DNA of 45,286 bases. Origin: Spirochaetota bacterium. GTDB taxonomy: Bacteria; Spirochaetota; JAGLSM01. The notes below the pieces were generated by a model. It was not told the DNA's origin, did not search any database, and saw nothing but the letters and a program-made list of their open reading frames with translations. Where the stretch lies: the NCBI GenBank assembly GCA_030634165.1, contig DAOWBH010000002.1, forward strand, positions 1 to 45,286, given 5' to 3'. This document shows, one piece after another, positions 10,186 through 19,154 of the stretch (the stretch's first letter is position 1; every line of letters starts with the position of its first letter). The translations under genes and the position numbers were made by a program.

Positions 10186-10515
10186 ATGAAACTATACGGA
10201 TTAGATGAAGTTGTTGGTCACAAGGTCGGACTTAATGCTACGGATAAAAAGCATTTCAGATTTAGAAAGACTCAGGAAAACCCTGATGCTGCTGTAAAAT
10301 CTTTTTCAGAACTCTTTTCAGGAGCTCTTGGAAAGGTTAATGATCTTCAAATGCAGTCGAATGACCTCACAAAAAAGATGATTACAAAACCGGAAAGTGT
10401 TTCTATACATTCAGTTATGATTGCGGCTCAGAAGGCTGAAATGGCTCTTGCACTTACAAAATCCATAACAGATAGAGTATTAAGGGCATATAAAGAAATT
10501 ACAAACTTGCGTTAG
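10186..10515 (+). CDS. fliE: Flagellar hook-basal body complex protein FliE
   Basis: Size of 109 aa, the FSELFSGALGKVNDLQ block and the C-terminal IHSVMIAAQKAEMALALT...R block. Confidence 0.88.
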   Translation: MKLYGLDEVVGHKVGLNATDKKHFRFRKTQENPDAAVKSFSELFSGALGKVNDLQMQSNDLTKKMITKPESVSIHSVMIAAQKAEMALALTKSITDRVLRAYKEITNLR

Positions 10516-10551
10516 TTTTAAACAGGCGGCATAGTTCTTGGGAGGGAAGCT

Positions 10552-12255
10552 ATGAATGAGACCATTCAAAAAATTTTTAATCAGATTAAATCTATATTCG
10601 GGAAGCTCAATAAAAAGCAAAAGATAATTGCGGGCGGTGTACTTGCTTTATTTGTGATTATTTTGTTATTTGCGGTTTCCACATCATCACAGCGTTCGAT
10701 GGTTTATCTATTCAAGAGACCTCTTACGGTAAGCGATTACGCGAAAATCACAAAAAAACTGCAGGAATACGGATCAAAGTTTACAACAAAGGATGACCGA
10801 TTTGTTCTTGTCCGTGATGAAAAACTCGGAGCAACTCTGCGTATGCGTCTTGGACAGGACAGCCTGCTGCCCACCGGAATCAAAGGATGGGAACTCTTTG
10901 ATACCGAGAAGTGGACAACTACCGACTTTGAACGTAATGTAATGAAAAGACGGGCAATTATCGGTGCAATGATCAGGCATTTAAGGATGCTTGAAGACAT
11001 TGAAGATGTTAAATTAACCGTTTCAATGCCGGAATCATCCCTTTACATCAGCAAGACACAGCCATGGAAAGCCTCGGTTACAATTATTAAAAAACCGTTT
11101 TCTGATATCTATAAAAACAAGAAAAAGATAAAGGGTATAATCAGTCTTGTTGCTAACGGTATTGACAGGCTTCTTGCCGAAAACATTGTAGTCACTGATA
11201 ATACCGGTACTATTATTTCAGATTTTTCAGACGACCAGAAAACGAACTATCAGAAAAGGGCAAAGGCTGAAAATAAAATAACCGAAGAGCTGCGTATAAA
11301 AATGGAGTATCAGCTGCGTAAACAGCTCAAACAGGTTCTTGGTGATGACAGGTTTGACCTTACTGTGAGAATGGAACTTGACTTCGATCAGAAGATGGTC
11401 AGCAAGGACGAGATTATACCGATAGTTATGCTCAAGGATGATCCGGAAACTCCTTACTATGACGGCAAGGTTGTTCTTCGTTCGACAACCAGTATGAAGA
11501 CAGTAAAAGAAAATTTTAAGGGTCCTACATACATACCGGAAGGTCCTGCAGGCACACAGAATAATATTCCTCCGGGACTTAAGAGTAAAATCAACCGTTT
11601 TTCTCACTACAATAAAAATGAAAAAATCGTAAATACAAAGCATTCAACCCAAAAGACCAAAGTTAAAAAGGCTCCGGTAGTGGTTAAAAAGATCTCCGTT
11701 TCAGCATGGCTTGACGGTACCTGGAAAAAGCTGTATGATAAGGACGGGAATCTGAGAATAACACAGCAAGGCTCAATATTGCGAAAATATACACCTGTCA
11801 AGGCTGAATCAATCAAAAAGATTGAAGATATTATAAAAGGCGCGATTGCCTATGATGCCGGCAAAGGTTTTCAGGTTGTTGTCAAACACCTTCCATTTGA
11901 CCGAACGAAACAGTTTGAGATTGAGGATGATGAAATCCGCAGTAAAGAAAGAATCCGCAAGACACTCATAGCTGCTGTAGCCGCCCTTTTTATCCTTTTT
12001 ATGGGTACACTTATGTACAGGGTTATTTCAAAGGAAATTGCCAGAAGAAAACGGATAAGAGAAGAAGAGCTGGCTCTGCAGCAGCAGCGTATGAGGGAGC
12101 AGGCTCTAAGAGCAGCTGAAGATGAAGGCGTTGAAGTTGAGCTGTCACTTGAAGAAAAAGCTCGAATGGAAATGCAGGAGAACGCAATCAATATGGCAAG
12201 AGAACGTCCTGAAGATGTTGCTCAGGTACTTCGAACCTGGATGGTTGAAGAATAG
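10552..12255 (+). CDS. fliF: Flagellar MS-ring protein FliF
   Basis: 567 aa with an N-terminal TM, a YscJ/FliF-like periplasmic region, a second TM near the C-terminus and an acidic FliG-binding tail (VAQVLRTWM). Confidence 0.93.
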   Translation: MNETIQKIFNQIKSIFGKLNKKQKIIAGGVLALFVIILLFAVSTSSQRSMVYLFKRPLTVSDYAKITKKLQEYGSKFTTKDDRFVLVRDEKLGATLRMRLGQDSLLPTGIKGWELFDTEKWTTTDFERNVMKRRAIIGAMIRHLRMLEDIEDVKLTVSMPESSLYISKTQPWKASVTIIKKPFSDIYKNKKKIKGIISLVANGIDRLLAENIVVTDNTGTIISDFSDDQKTNYQKRAKAENKITEELRIKMEYQLRKQLKQVLGDDRFDLTVRMELDFDQKMVSKDEIIPIVMLKDDPETPYYDGKVVLRSTTSMKTVKENFKGPTYIPEGPAGTQNNIPPGLKSKINRFSHYNKNEKIVNTKHSTQKTKVKKAPVVVKKISVSAWLDGTWKKLYDKDGNLRITQQGSILRKYTPVKAESIKKIEDIIKGAIAYDAGKGFQVVVKHLPFDRTKQFEIEDDEIRSKERIRKTLIAAVAALFILFMGTLMYRVISKEIARRKRIREEELALQQQRMREQALRAAEDEGVEVELSLEEKARMEMQENAINMARERPEDVAQVLRTWMVEE

Positions 12256-12341
12256 TCATTTGTATATTTAGAGAGTAAGATGTATAATAGAAAGATAAAG
12301 ATGTAGCTGATAATTATTGAATAACTCTTGGGAGGAAGTCT

Positions 12342-13430
12342 ATGGCAGGTTCTGAAAAGGCGGCAGCGGGAAGCGGTACCGGAAGTGCGGCCAGCCGTGC
12401 GGCTCATCATGCGGGTCTGCACAGTCATAAAAAACAGTTAACCGGTCGTCAAAAGTCCGCGATATTTCTTGTATCCCTTGGTTCTGATGTGTCTGCTGAA
12501 ATATTCAAGCATTTGAGGGAAGATGAGATTGAGCAGTTGACTTTTGAAATTGCCCGTCTGGATAAGGTCGAGGCTGACGAGAAGGATAAGGTTCTTCTGG
12601 AATTCCAGGAAATGATGATGGCGCAAGGGTTCATCTCTACCGGAGGTATCGAATACGCCAGGGATGTCCTTGAAAGAGCTCTAGGGTCACAAAAAGCCCT
12701 GGATATCATAAACAGGCTTACAAGTTCACTCCAGGTCAGACCTTTTGACTTTATCAGAAGAACTGATCCAAGTCATCTGCTTAACTTTATTCAGAGTGAG
12801 CATCCACAGACCATATCATTGATTCTCGCATATCTTGATCCTCAGAAGGCGAGCGTAATTTTAAGCTCACTTCCTCATGAAGTTCAAGCTGATGTTGCTA
12901 AAAGAATTGCAATGATGGACAGAACATCTCCTGATATTCTAAGAGAGGTTGAGAGAGTGCTGGAACGTAAGCTTTCTACACTTGCAAGCGAAGATTACAC
13001 TTCAGCCGGTGGTATTGAGTCAATTGTAAATGTTCTAAACCTTGTGGATAGAGGTACTGAAAAAACAATAATAGAAGCTCTGGAAGAAGAAGATCCGGAA
13101 CTTGCTGAAGAGATCAAGAAGAGAATGTTTATCTTTGAAGATATTGTTCTTCTCGATGACAGAGCTATTCAGAAGGTGCTCAGGGAAGTTGACGGTCAGG
13201 AGCTTGCCAAAGCGCTTAAAGCTGTTGACTCGGAAGTACAGGATAAAATTTTCAGAAACATGTCTAAAAGAGCGGCAAGTCTCCTCCGTGAGGATATGGA
13301 CTTTATGGGTCCGATTCGTCTGAAAGACGTTGAAGAAGCTCAGCAGAAAATAGTGAACATCATACGTAAACTCGAAGAATCCGGAGATATTGTTGTAGCA
13401 CGCGCAGGGGAGGATGAACTCGTTGTCTAA
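12342..13430 (+). CDS. fliG: Flagellar motor switch protein FliG, with a GC-rich Ala/Ser/Gly/His N-terminal extension of about 30 aa
   Basis: LTGRQKSAIFLVSLG, EHPQTISLILAYL, and the C-terminal torque-helix region (RAASLLREDMDFMGPIRLKDVEEAQ). SD GGGAGGA. Confidence 0.95.
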   Translation: MAGSEKAAAGSGTGSAASRAAHHAGLHSHKKQLTGRQKSAIFLVSLGSDVSAEIFKHLREDEIEQLTFEIARLDKVEADEKDKVLLEFQEMMMAQGFISTGGIEYARDVLERALGSQKALDIINRLTSSLQVRPFDFIRRTDPSHLLNFIQSEHPQTISLILAYLDPQKASVILSSLPHEVQADVAKRIAMMDRTSPDILREVERVLERKLSTLASEDYTSAGGIESIVNVLNLVDRGTEKTIIEALEEEDPELAEEIKKRMFIFEDIVLLDDRAIQKVLREVDGQELAKALKAVDSEVQDKIFRNMSKRAASLLREDMDFMGPIRLKDVEEAQQKIVNIIRKLEESGDIVVARAGEDELVV

Positions 13431-14343
13431 ACCAGTATATAAACCTATAGATATAGCGAAAATCTCAAGAAGGGTTACCCTTGAAAGCCCGGATATGATT
13501 GTACAGAAGCCTGAAGGTGGTGAAGAAGAGGTTTACGAAGGTCCCAGTGTAGAGGAGATTGAATCCCAGATCGCGGATATGAGAGAATCCGCGGATAAAG
13601 ATCTTGAAGTGAAAAAAGAAGAGGCAAAACTTAAGGCTGAAGAAATAAAAAAAGATGCTGAGAATAACGCCTTTGACCGGATAAAAAAAGCTTCAGATGA
13701 GGGAAAAAATAAACTCGCGGAGGCCGAGCTCAAAGCAAAAGAGATTCTTGCTGATGCTGAGATCCGGGCCAAGGAGCTCATAATGGAGGCCGAACGAAAG
13801 GTTTCCGAAACCGAGACGCAGTCAAGGGACCGGGGTTATGAAAGCGGCCGTAACAAGGGTTACGATGAAGGAAAAGAAGAGGTTTCACGTTTAATTAATT
13901 CGCTGAACCGGATAATATCAGCGACTATTGAGCGGCGTAATGAGATTATAAAAAATGTTGAAAAACAGCTCATGATGATTGTTCTGCTGATTACAAGAAA
14001 AGTTGTTAAATCAATCTCAGAGCATCAAAAGGGTATTGTAATGCATAATATAAAAGATGCTCTTCAGAAGGTAAGAGGAAGAACCAATCTGATAATAAGG
14101 GTCAATATTGCGGACCTTGAATTAACCACCGAGCATAAAGAAGAATTTATAAAAATGGTCGAAGACATAAACAATGTTTCGATTCTTGAGGACTCTACTG
14201 TAGACAAGGGCGGATGTATTATTGAAACCGATTTTGGTAACATTGACGCAAGAATTGCCAGCCAATTTGAGGAAATAGAAGAAAAAATAAAAGAAATAAT
14301 GCCTATCACTATTGGAGATCGGGAACGTGATATCGTATATTAA
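13414..14343 (+). CDS. fliH: Flagellar export/assembly protein FliH
   Basis: A charged coiled-coil N-terminal half and a FliH C-terminal block (VRVNIADL...GGCIIETDFGNIDARI). Sits between fliG and fliI and overlaps fliG by 17 nt. Confidence 0.85.
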   Translation: MNSLSKPVYKPIDIAKISRRVTLESPDMIVQKPEGGEEEVYEGPSVEEIESQIADMRESADKDLEVKKEEAKLKAEEIKKDAENNAFDRIKKASDEGKNKLAEAELKAKEILADAEIRAKELIMEAERKVSETETQSRDRGYESGRNKGYDEGKEEVSRLINSLNRIISATIERRNEIIKNVEKQLMMIVLLITRKVVKSISEHQKGIVMHNIKDALQKVRGRTNLIIRVNIADLELTTEHKEEFIKMVEDINNVSILEDSTVDKGGCIIETDFGNIDARIASQFEEIEEKIKEIMPITIGDRERDIVY

Positions 14344-14382
14344 TTACTAAGTCATAGGTTCGGCATTTTCTTGGGAGGGGAA

Positions 14383-15900
14383 ATGAAGATTAATGAGAAT
14401 TATGAGAGTAATATGAAAGATATCGAAGACGATATGGCTCTGGGTGATTTTAATGACGGCAATAATATTTATCTCTCTGATGACTTTCCGGAATTAAAAA
14501 AAGAATATGAAAAATATTACAGGACTGACAATCCTCTTGAAGATATCCGTTTTGAGAGGTATGTCTCTCTTATAGAGGATACAGATCCCATTAAGTTTAC
14601 CGGACGTGTCAAGAATGTCACCGGGCTTGTTATTGAGGGTAACGGTCCGGAGGCGTCTATAGGGGAACTTTGTACAATTCAGCTTCGTAATAAAAAGGAG
14701 ATGCTTGCCGAGGTTGTGGGTTTTGAGGATGATAGCATTAAGCTTATGGGTATTGGAAGCATGGACGGAATATCTTCAGGCGCTCTTATAACCGCAACCG
14801 GGCATCCTCTTAAAATTCCCGTTGGAGACCAGTTGCTTGGAAGGATATTAAACGGTATTGGAAAACCTATAGACGGGGGAATTGATGTTCATGCAGGAGA
14901 GTACCGCAGCGTAATTTCTAAAGCTCCGGAACCTCTTAAAAGGAAAAGGATAAAGAAGACTTTGTCTGTAGGTGTCAGAGCAATTGACGGGATACTGACA
15001 ATCGGAAGAGGTCAACGGGTTGGTATATTTTCCGGTTCAGGAGTTGGTAAATCAATTCTTCTGTCAATGATGGCAAGAAATACTGAGGCAGATATAAATG
15101 TGATCGCTCTGGTTGGGGAACGAGGCAAGGAAGTTCGGGATTTTATTGAAAAAGATCTTACCGAAGAGGGACTTGCCCGCTCTGTTATTGTTGTAGCTAC
15201 AGCTGAGCAAGAGCCGTTGGTGCGTATCAGAGCAGCCTATGTTGCAACGGCAATCGCGGAGTATTTTCGGGATCAGGGAAAAGATGTATTATTCTTAATG
15301 GATTCTCTCACCCGTTTTGCCCAGGCTCAAAGACAAATTGGTCTATCAATAGGAGAACCTCCCACAACCAAGGGATTTACTCCTTCAGTTTTTTCAGCTC
15401 TTCCAAAACTAATTGAAAGAACCGGAACAAGCGACAAGGGTACTATTACTGCTTTTTATACTGTACTTGTTGAAGGCGATGATGATATCAATGATCCGAT
15501 TGCGGACGCGGCCAGAGGTCATCTTGATGGTCACATTGTGCTTTCAAGAGATCTTGCAATGCATAACCATTACCCGGCGATTGATATTCTTGCTTCAATA
15601 TCAAGGGCTATGGTAGATCTTGTTGATGATTCGTATTTAAAAACAGCAGGAAAAGTAAGGGAGATAATTAAGGTATATAAGGATGCTGAAGACATCATTA
15701 ATATTGGCGCTTATGCTCATGGTTCCAATCCAAAGATTGATAAAGCAATAACAATGATTGAACGGATCAATGAGTATTTAAAACAGGGAATATATGAGTC
15801 TTCAGATTTAGATGAAGCTATGGAAGGACTGAAGGCCTTTTTTGTGGAAACCAAAAAATACGGACATCGGACAAGGACCGGCAGGGGAGTTAGAGCATGA
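14383..15900 (+). CDS. fliI: Flagellum-specific ATPase FliI
   Basis: Walker A GSGVGKS and Walker B LFLMDSLTRFAQA. The ATG at 14383 follows GGGAGGGG. The ORF-track start at 14371 is a TTG lying inside that SD. Confidence 0.95.
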   Translation: MKINENYESNMKDIEDDMALGDFNDGNNIYLSDDFPELKKEYEKYYRTDNPLEDIRFERYVSLIEDTDPIKFTGRVKNVTGLVIEGNGPEASIGELCTIQLRNKKEMLAEVVGFEDDSIKLMGIGSMDGISSGALITATGHPLKIPVGDQLLGRILNGIGKPIDGGIDVHAGEYRSVISKAPEPLKRKRIKKTLSVGVRAIDGILTIGRGQRVGIFSGSGVGKSILLSMMARNTEADINVIALVGERGKEVRDFIEKDLTEEGLARSVIVVATAEQEPLVRIRAAYVATAIAEYFRDQGKDVLFLMDSLTRFAQAQRQIGLSIGEPPTTKGFTPSVFSALPKLIERTGTSDKGTITAFYTVLVEGDDDINDPIADAARGHLDGHIVLSRDLAMHNHYPAIDILASISRAMVDLVDDSYLKTAGKVREIIKVYKDAEDIINIGAYAHGSNPKIDKAITMIERINEYLKQGIYESSDLDEAMEGLKAFFVETKKYGHRTRTGRGVRA

Positions 15901-16346
15901 GTAAGTTCCGTTTCTCTCTTGAAAAAGTCCTTGATTTTAGAAAGAGGGAAGAAGATAAGCAAAAAAATGAACTTGCCAAGGTTCAGGGTAAAATTAACCG
16001 CCAATATGCGATTATAAACGAACTCAACTACAGGCGGGGGACTCTTATAAGGAAAGATGAAGTCAAATCCTTGTATACAGCTGCAGAAGTAGTTCTGAAA
16101 AAAATGCAGTTTTCAGGTATTGACAGTAGAATGACAGGCTCCAGACGCAGGATAAGATCCATGGAGTTTGAACTTGAACAGGCCAAGATAAGATATACCA
16201 AGGCAAGGAAAGAAAAAATGGCAATTGAGAAGGTGAAGGAAAAGAAGTATAAAGAATTTTTAAAACAGGAACAGATAAGAGAAATTAAAGAACTTTCAGA
16301 GATAGCTGAGCAGATACATTATAGAAACAACAAAAATAACGGTTAA
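15897..16346 (+). CDS. fliJ: Flagellar export chaperone FliJ
   Basis: 149-aa coiled-coil protein with an F.LEKVLDFRK start and an ATGA overlap with fliI. The position is canonical. Confidence 0.8.
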   Translation: MSKFRFSLEKVLDFRKREEDKQKNELAKVQGKINRQYAIINELNYRRGTLIRKDEVKSLYTAAEVVLKKMQFSGIDSRMTGSRRRIRSMEFELEQAKIRYTKARKEKMAIEKVKEKKYKEFLKQEQIREIKELSEIAEQIHYRNNKNNG

Positions 16347-16356
16347 AGAGGTCTGT

Positions 16357-16959
16357 ATGCTGACAGGTATTGAAAACGTCATAAGTAGAATGCATTCGAT
16401 TCAGAAAAGAATTTCGGATGTTACAAATCTGCATAATCCTTATTACAAGAAGGTTAACAATAATAAGAATCCAAAAAAAAATATTAAAATTAATACAACA
16501 TTAAAAAAGATAAATAATAAAAATGATATAAAAAATATTTCATCACAGAGTATTAAGGCAAATCTAAAATATGGTCCGGAAGCTTTTGATAAATTTATTA
16601 AAAACGCGGCTAAAAAACACAATTTGCCATTTGCCTTGATTAAGGCTGTAATAAGGCAGGAATCAAATTTTAATCCGAATGCAGTATCTTCAAAAGGTGC
16701 TTCAGGATTAATGCAGCTCATGCCCGGGACTGCTAAACTCTTGAATGTCTCTTCGATTTTTAATCCCAGGCAGAATATCAACGGAGGATCCAAATATTTA
16801 AAAGATATGATGTTAAGGTATAATGGGAATCTTTCAAAGGCTCTCGGCGCTTATAATGCCGGTCCCGAAGCAGTTGATAAAAATAACGGAGTTCCAAACT
16901 ACAAAGAAACTAAAGATTTTATAAAAAAAGTGTTACAATACTATAGTAAGTTTTCATAG
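16357..16959 (+). CDS. SLT-domain lytic transglycosylase embedded in the flagellar cluster
   Basis: The catalytic block ESNFNPNAVSSKGASGLMQLMPGTA and AYNAGP. The N-terminus is not hydrophobic, so no obvious Sec signal. An Asn/Lys-rich linker follows. Confidence 0.85.
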   Translation: MLTGIENVISRMHSIQKRISDVTNLHNPYYKKVNNNKNPKKNIKINTTLKKINNKNDIKNISSQSIKANLKYGPEAFDKFIKNAAKKHNLPFALIKAVIRQESNFNPNAVSSKGASGLMQLMPGTAKLLNVSSIFNPRQNINGGSKYLKDMMLRYNGNLSKALGAYNAGPEAVDKNNGVPNYKETKDFIKKVLQYYSKFS

Positions 16960-16968
16960 GAGTAGAGG

Positions 16969-17583
16969 TTGATTGCCCAAAATAAACGCCGGTTAGTTTT
17001 TGTTATAATGATTAACATTTTTCTTGTTGGCTTTGCCGTTTTTATTTTTGACTGGATGAATGTTATATCTTTCGGAAATTTGTTTTCAACGCTTGGTATA
17101 GGGGAGTCAGCTCCTCCAAAGATTGAAGACCCGTTTTTACTCCAGAGAGAGGAGCTTAAGAAACAGTGGAAAGTGCTTGCGTTAAAAGAAAAAGAATTTT
17201 CCGGCAAATCGGACAGCTTGAAAAAAGATGAACAGAAGCTGAATGATTTTAAAGACCGCTTAAAAGGCAGAGATCTTCAGTTAAAGGAACGTAAAAAAAA
17301 GATCGATCAGGAATCAATTGCCAAGACCAGCCGTCATCAGAGGATTCAAAAAGTGGCCATTCAGTTTATTCAAATGCCGCCTCTAAAGGCTGTTGAACGT
17401 CTTGAACAGTTAAAAGATGATTTATTGATAATAGAGATACTTAAAGCAATTGATACAGTTTTTAAAAACCAGGGAAAAAAATCTACAGTTCCCTATCTTC
17501 TTTCCTTAATGGATAAAAAAAGAGCAGCTGTTATTCAAAGAAAAATGGCAAATATTCCTTCTATAAAGGAAAACTCCTTTTAA
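16969..17583 (+). CDS. flbB: FlbB / MotE-like flagellar protein (N-terminal TM plus MgtE_N-like helical domain)
   Basis: TTG start 6 nt after AGGAG, a TM (LVFVIMINIFLVGFAVFIF), a coiled coil, then MPPLKAVERLEQL...LLIIEILKAI...KRAAVIQRKM. It occupies the position of Borrelia flbB. Confidence 0.6.
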   Translation: MIAQNKRRLVFVIMINIFLVGFAVFIFDWMNVISFGNLFSTLGIGESAPPKIEDPFLLQREELKKQWKVLALKEKEFSGKSDSLKKDEQKLNDFKDRLKGRDLQLKERKKKIDQESIAKTSRHQRIQKVAIQFIQMPPLKAVERLEQLKDDLLIIEILKAIDTVFKNQGKKSTVPYLLSLMDKKRAAVIQRKMANIPSIKENSF

Positions 17584-17591
17584 CCCGATGT
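17564..17591 (+). promoter_or_regulatory. Weak sigma-28-like element upstream of fliK: TAAA-N16-CCCGATGT
   Basis: TAAA(GGAA) at 17564-17567 and CCCGATGT at 17584-17591 (6/8 to GCCGATAT). The spacer is 1 nt longer than consensus. Confidence 0.3.
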
Positions 17592-17617
17592 TATAAAAGC
17601 AGAATTAACTTTTGAAG

Positions 17618-17636
17618 CCTCTATACACAATAGAGG
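17618..17636 (+). promoter_or_regulatory. Hairpin in the flbB-fliK spacer
   Basis: CCTCTAT-ACACA-ATAGAGG, a 7-bp stem followed by TTTCTATTTC. Confidence 0.4.
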
Positions 17637-17730
17637 TTTCTATTTCAAATCACTTAAGATCTGTGATGAAGGATTTCTTCTGCCTTCTCCGTTGGAGATG
17701 AATTTAAACTAAGGGAAAGGAGGTAAATGT

Positions 17731-19140
17731 TTGCTTCAGTTACTTTCAAACTTCAGAAAAGATGACTTGTCAGCCATAGTTACTGGTTCTCATAGCAATC
17801 CTGGACAGAATAATAAGAGTATTGGAAATTCCGGATTTAATTCCATTCTGGCGAATATGCAAAAGAATACGGATTTTTTTCTAAAGAAAAAAGCCGCTAT
17901 TGAAACATCGAATGATTTTAAAACCCATGTTGATAAAAAAATCAGCAGTAAAAACAGAAAAGACAAAACTCTTAACAGTGATAATCATGATCCAACAAAA
18001 GAGAGAATCAATAAAATGGAGTCTGCTGAAATCAGTAATAAAACAGACTCTGATAAGTCGAAAGTATCCGGTTCAAATGGGATAAGTCTTAAATCAAGAA
18101 TTGAGAATCTTTCAGAAAAAATAAAGGGAAGACTCAATGAGGATGATTTGGATTCAGATGCCGGTGATGATATGCTTGAATTGCTGGACCTTTTTACTCA
18201 GATAAATCCTGACAAAATGTCTGAGAAATCAATTAATGATATTGAAAAAGCATTAAAGATGATTGATAAATTATTGAGTGAAAAGGAAGCAGACAATCAG
18301 TTAAGTCTTGCAAAAATCAGAGACTTTTTCTCATCAAATGAGGAAATGAAAAAAATCCTGGATGATCTAAAAAACCTTATAAAAAAGTCTTTAGTGAATT
18401 CCGATCGCGGCAAAAATGGTTTTAAAAAGAATCTGGCAGCAGCCGCAAAGGATGAGATTGACTTAGAGGTAAAAGATCTCAGGATGAATGATTTGAGTAA
18501 GTTGAATAATAGAAAGCTGATTGTAAAATCTTCATCAAAACGTATCTCAGCAAATTCCAGGGCAAAACCAGACGCAGAATTTAAATTGAATACAGAAATA
18601 GATGTGTCAATAAAAAATAATGCGTCAACCGGACAGAATGATAATGCCGCTTTGGGCAGCAACCTGAAAGATTCCGGAAGACTTTACAATGGTATTAAGG
18701 AATTCACCAGGAAAACCGGGATAAAGCAGCCGAGAAAAATTTTCAATCAGCTGGTTGAAAGGGCAAGGGTTACTCTAAAAAGCGGAATGTCTGAAATGAA
18801 ACTTCAAATCAAACCAAGATTTCTTGGAAGAATCAAGATGCAGCTTATGCTTAAAAACGGAAGTCTGTCAGGAAAAATTTCTATTGGCAATGAAAGTCTA
18901 AGGAATTTTTTACAGCAGAATCTTCATGAATTAGGCACTGAGCTACGCGATGCCGGCATTGATCTAAAACAGTTGGAGATTGTATACGATCAGTCATCAT
19001 CAGGTAAAAAAAATAGTAATAATCCTGAGAATGGCGGATTTTCAAATCAAAGTTCTGCAGAAAAGACGGTTGGTAAAGATGAGCCTCAGATTTATTCGGG
19101 CGTATTGCATCATTCAGGCATAGTTAATCTAGTTGCTTAG
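17731..19140 (+). CDS. fliK: Flagellar hook-length control protein FliK (Tap1/FlbC-type)
   Basis: The C-terminal Flg_hook block MSEMKLQIKPRFLGRIKMQLMLKNGSLSGKISIGNESLRNFLQQNLHELGTELRDAGI, a polar low-complexity N-terminal two-thirds, and a TTG start 7 nt after GGAAAGGAGG. Confidence 0.78.
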   Translation: MLQLLSNFRKDDLSAIVTGSHSNPGQNNKSIGNSGFNSILANMQKNTDFFLKKKAAIETSNDFKTHVDKKISSKNRKDKTLNSDNHDPTKERINKMESAEISNKTDSDKSKVSGSNGISLKSRIENLSEKIKGRLNEDDLDSDAGDDMLELLDLFTQINPDKMSEKSINDIEKALKMIDKLLSEKEADNQLSLAKIRDFFSSNEEMKKILDDLKNLIKKSLVNSDRGKNGFKKNLAAAAKDEIDLEVKDLRMNDLSKLNNRKLIVKSSSKRISANSRAKPDAEFKLNTEIDVSIKNNASTGQNDNAALGSNLKDSGRLYNGIKEFTRKTGIKQPRKIFNQLVERARVTLKSGMSEMKLQIKPRFLGRIKMQLMLKNGSLSGKISIGNESLRNFLQQNLHELGTELRDAGIDLKQLEIVYDQSSSGKKNSNNPENGGFSNQSSAEKTVGKDEPQIYSGVLHHSGIVNLVA

Positions 19141-19154
19141 GAATAGGAGATTAA

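Noticed and set aside
14371-14382. Upstream TTG-extended starts in the ORF track for fliI (14371), motA (21998), glmS (39306) and fliY (25294)
   Set aside because: In each case the extension overlaps or abuts the Shine-Dalgarno sequence, or adds non-conserved residues. An ATG at proper spacing (14383, 22010, 39366, 25300) gives the canonical N-terminus.
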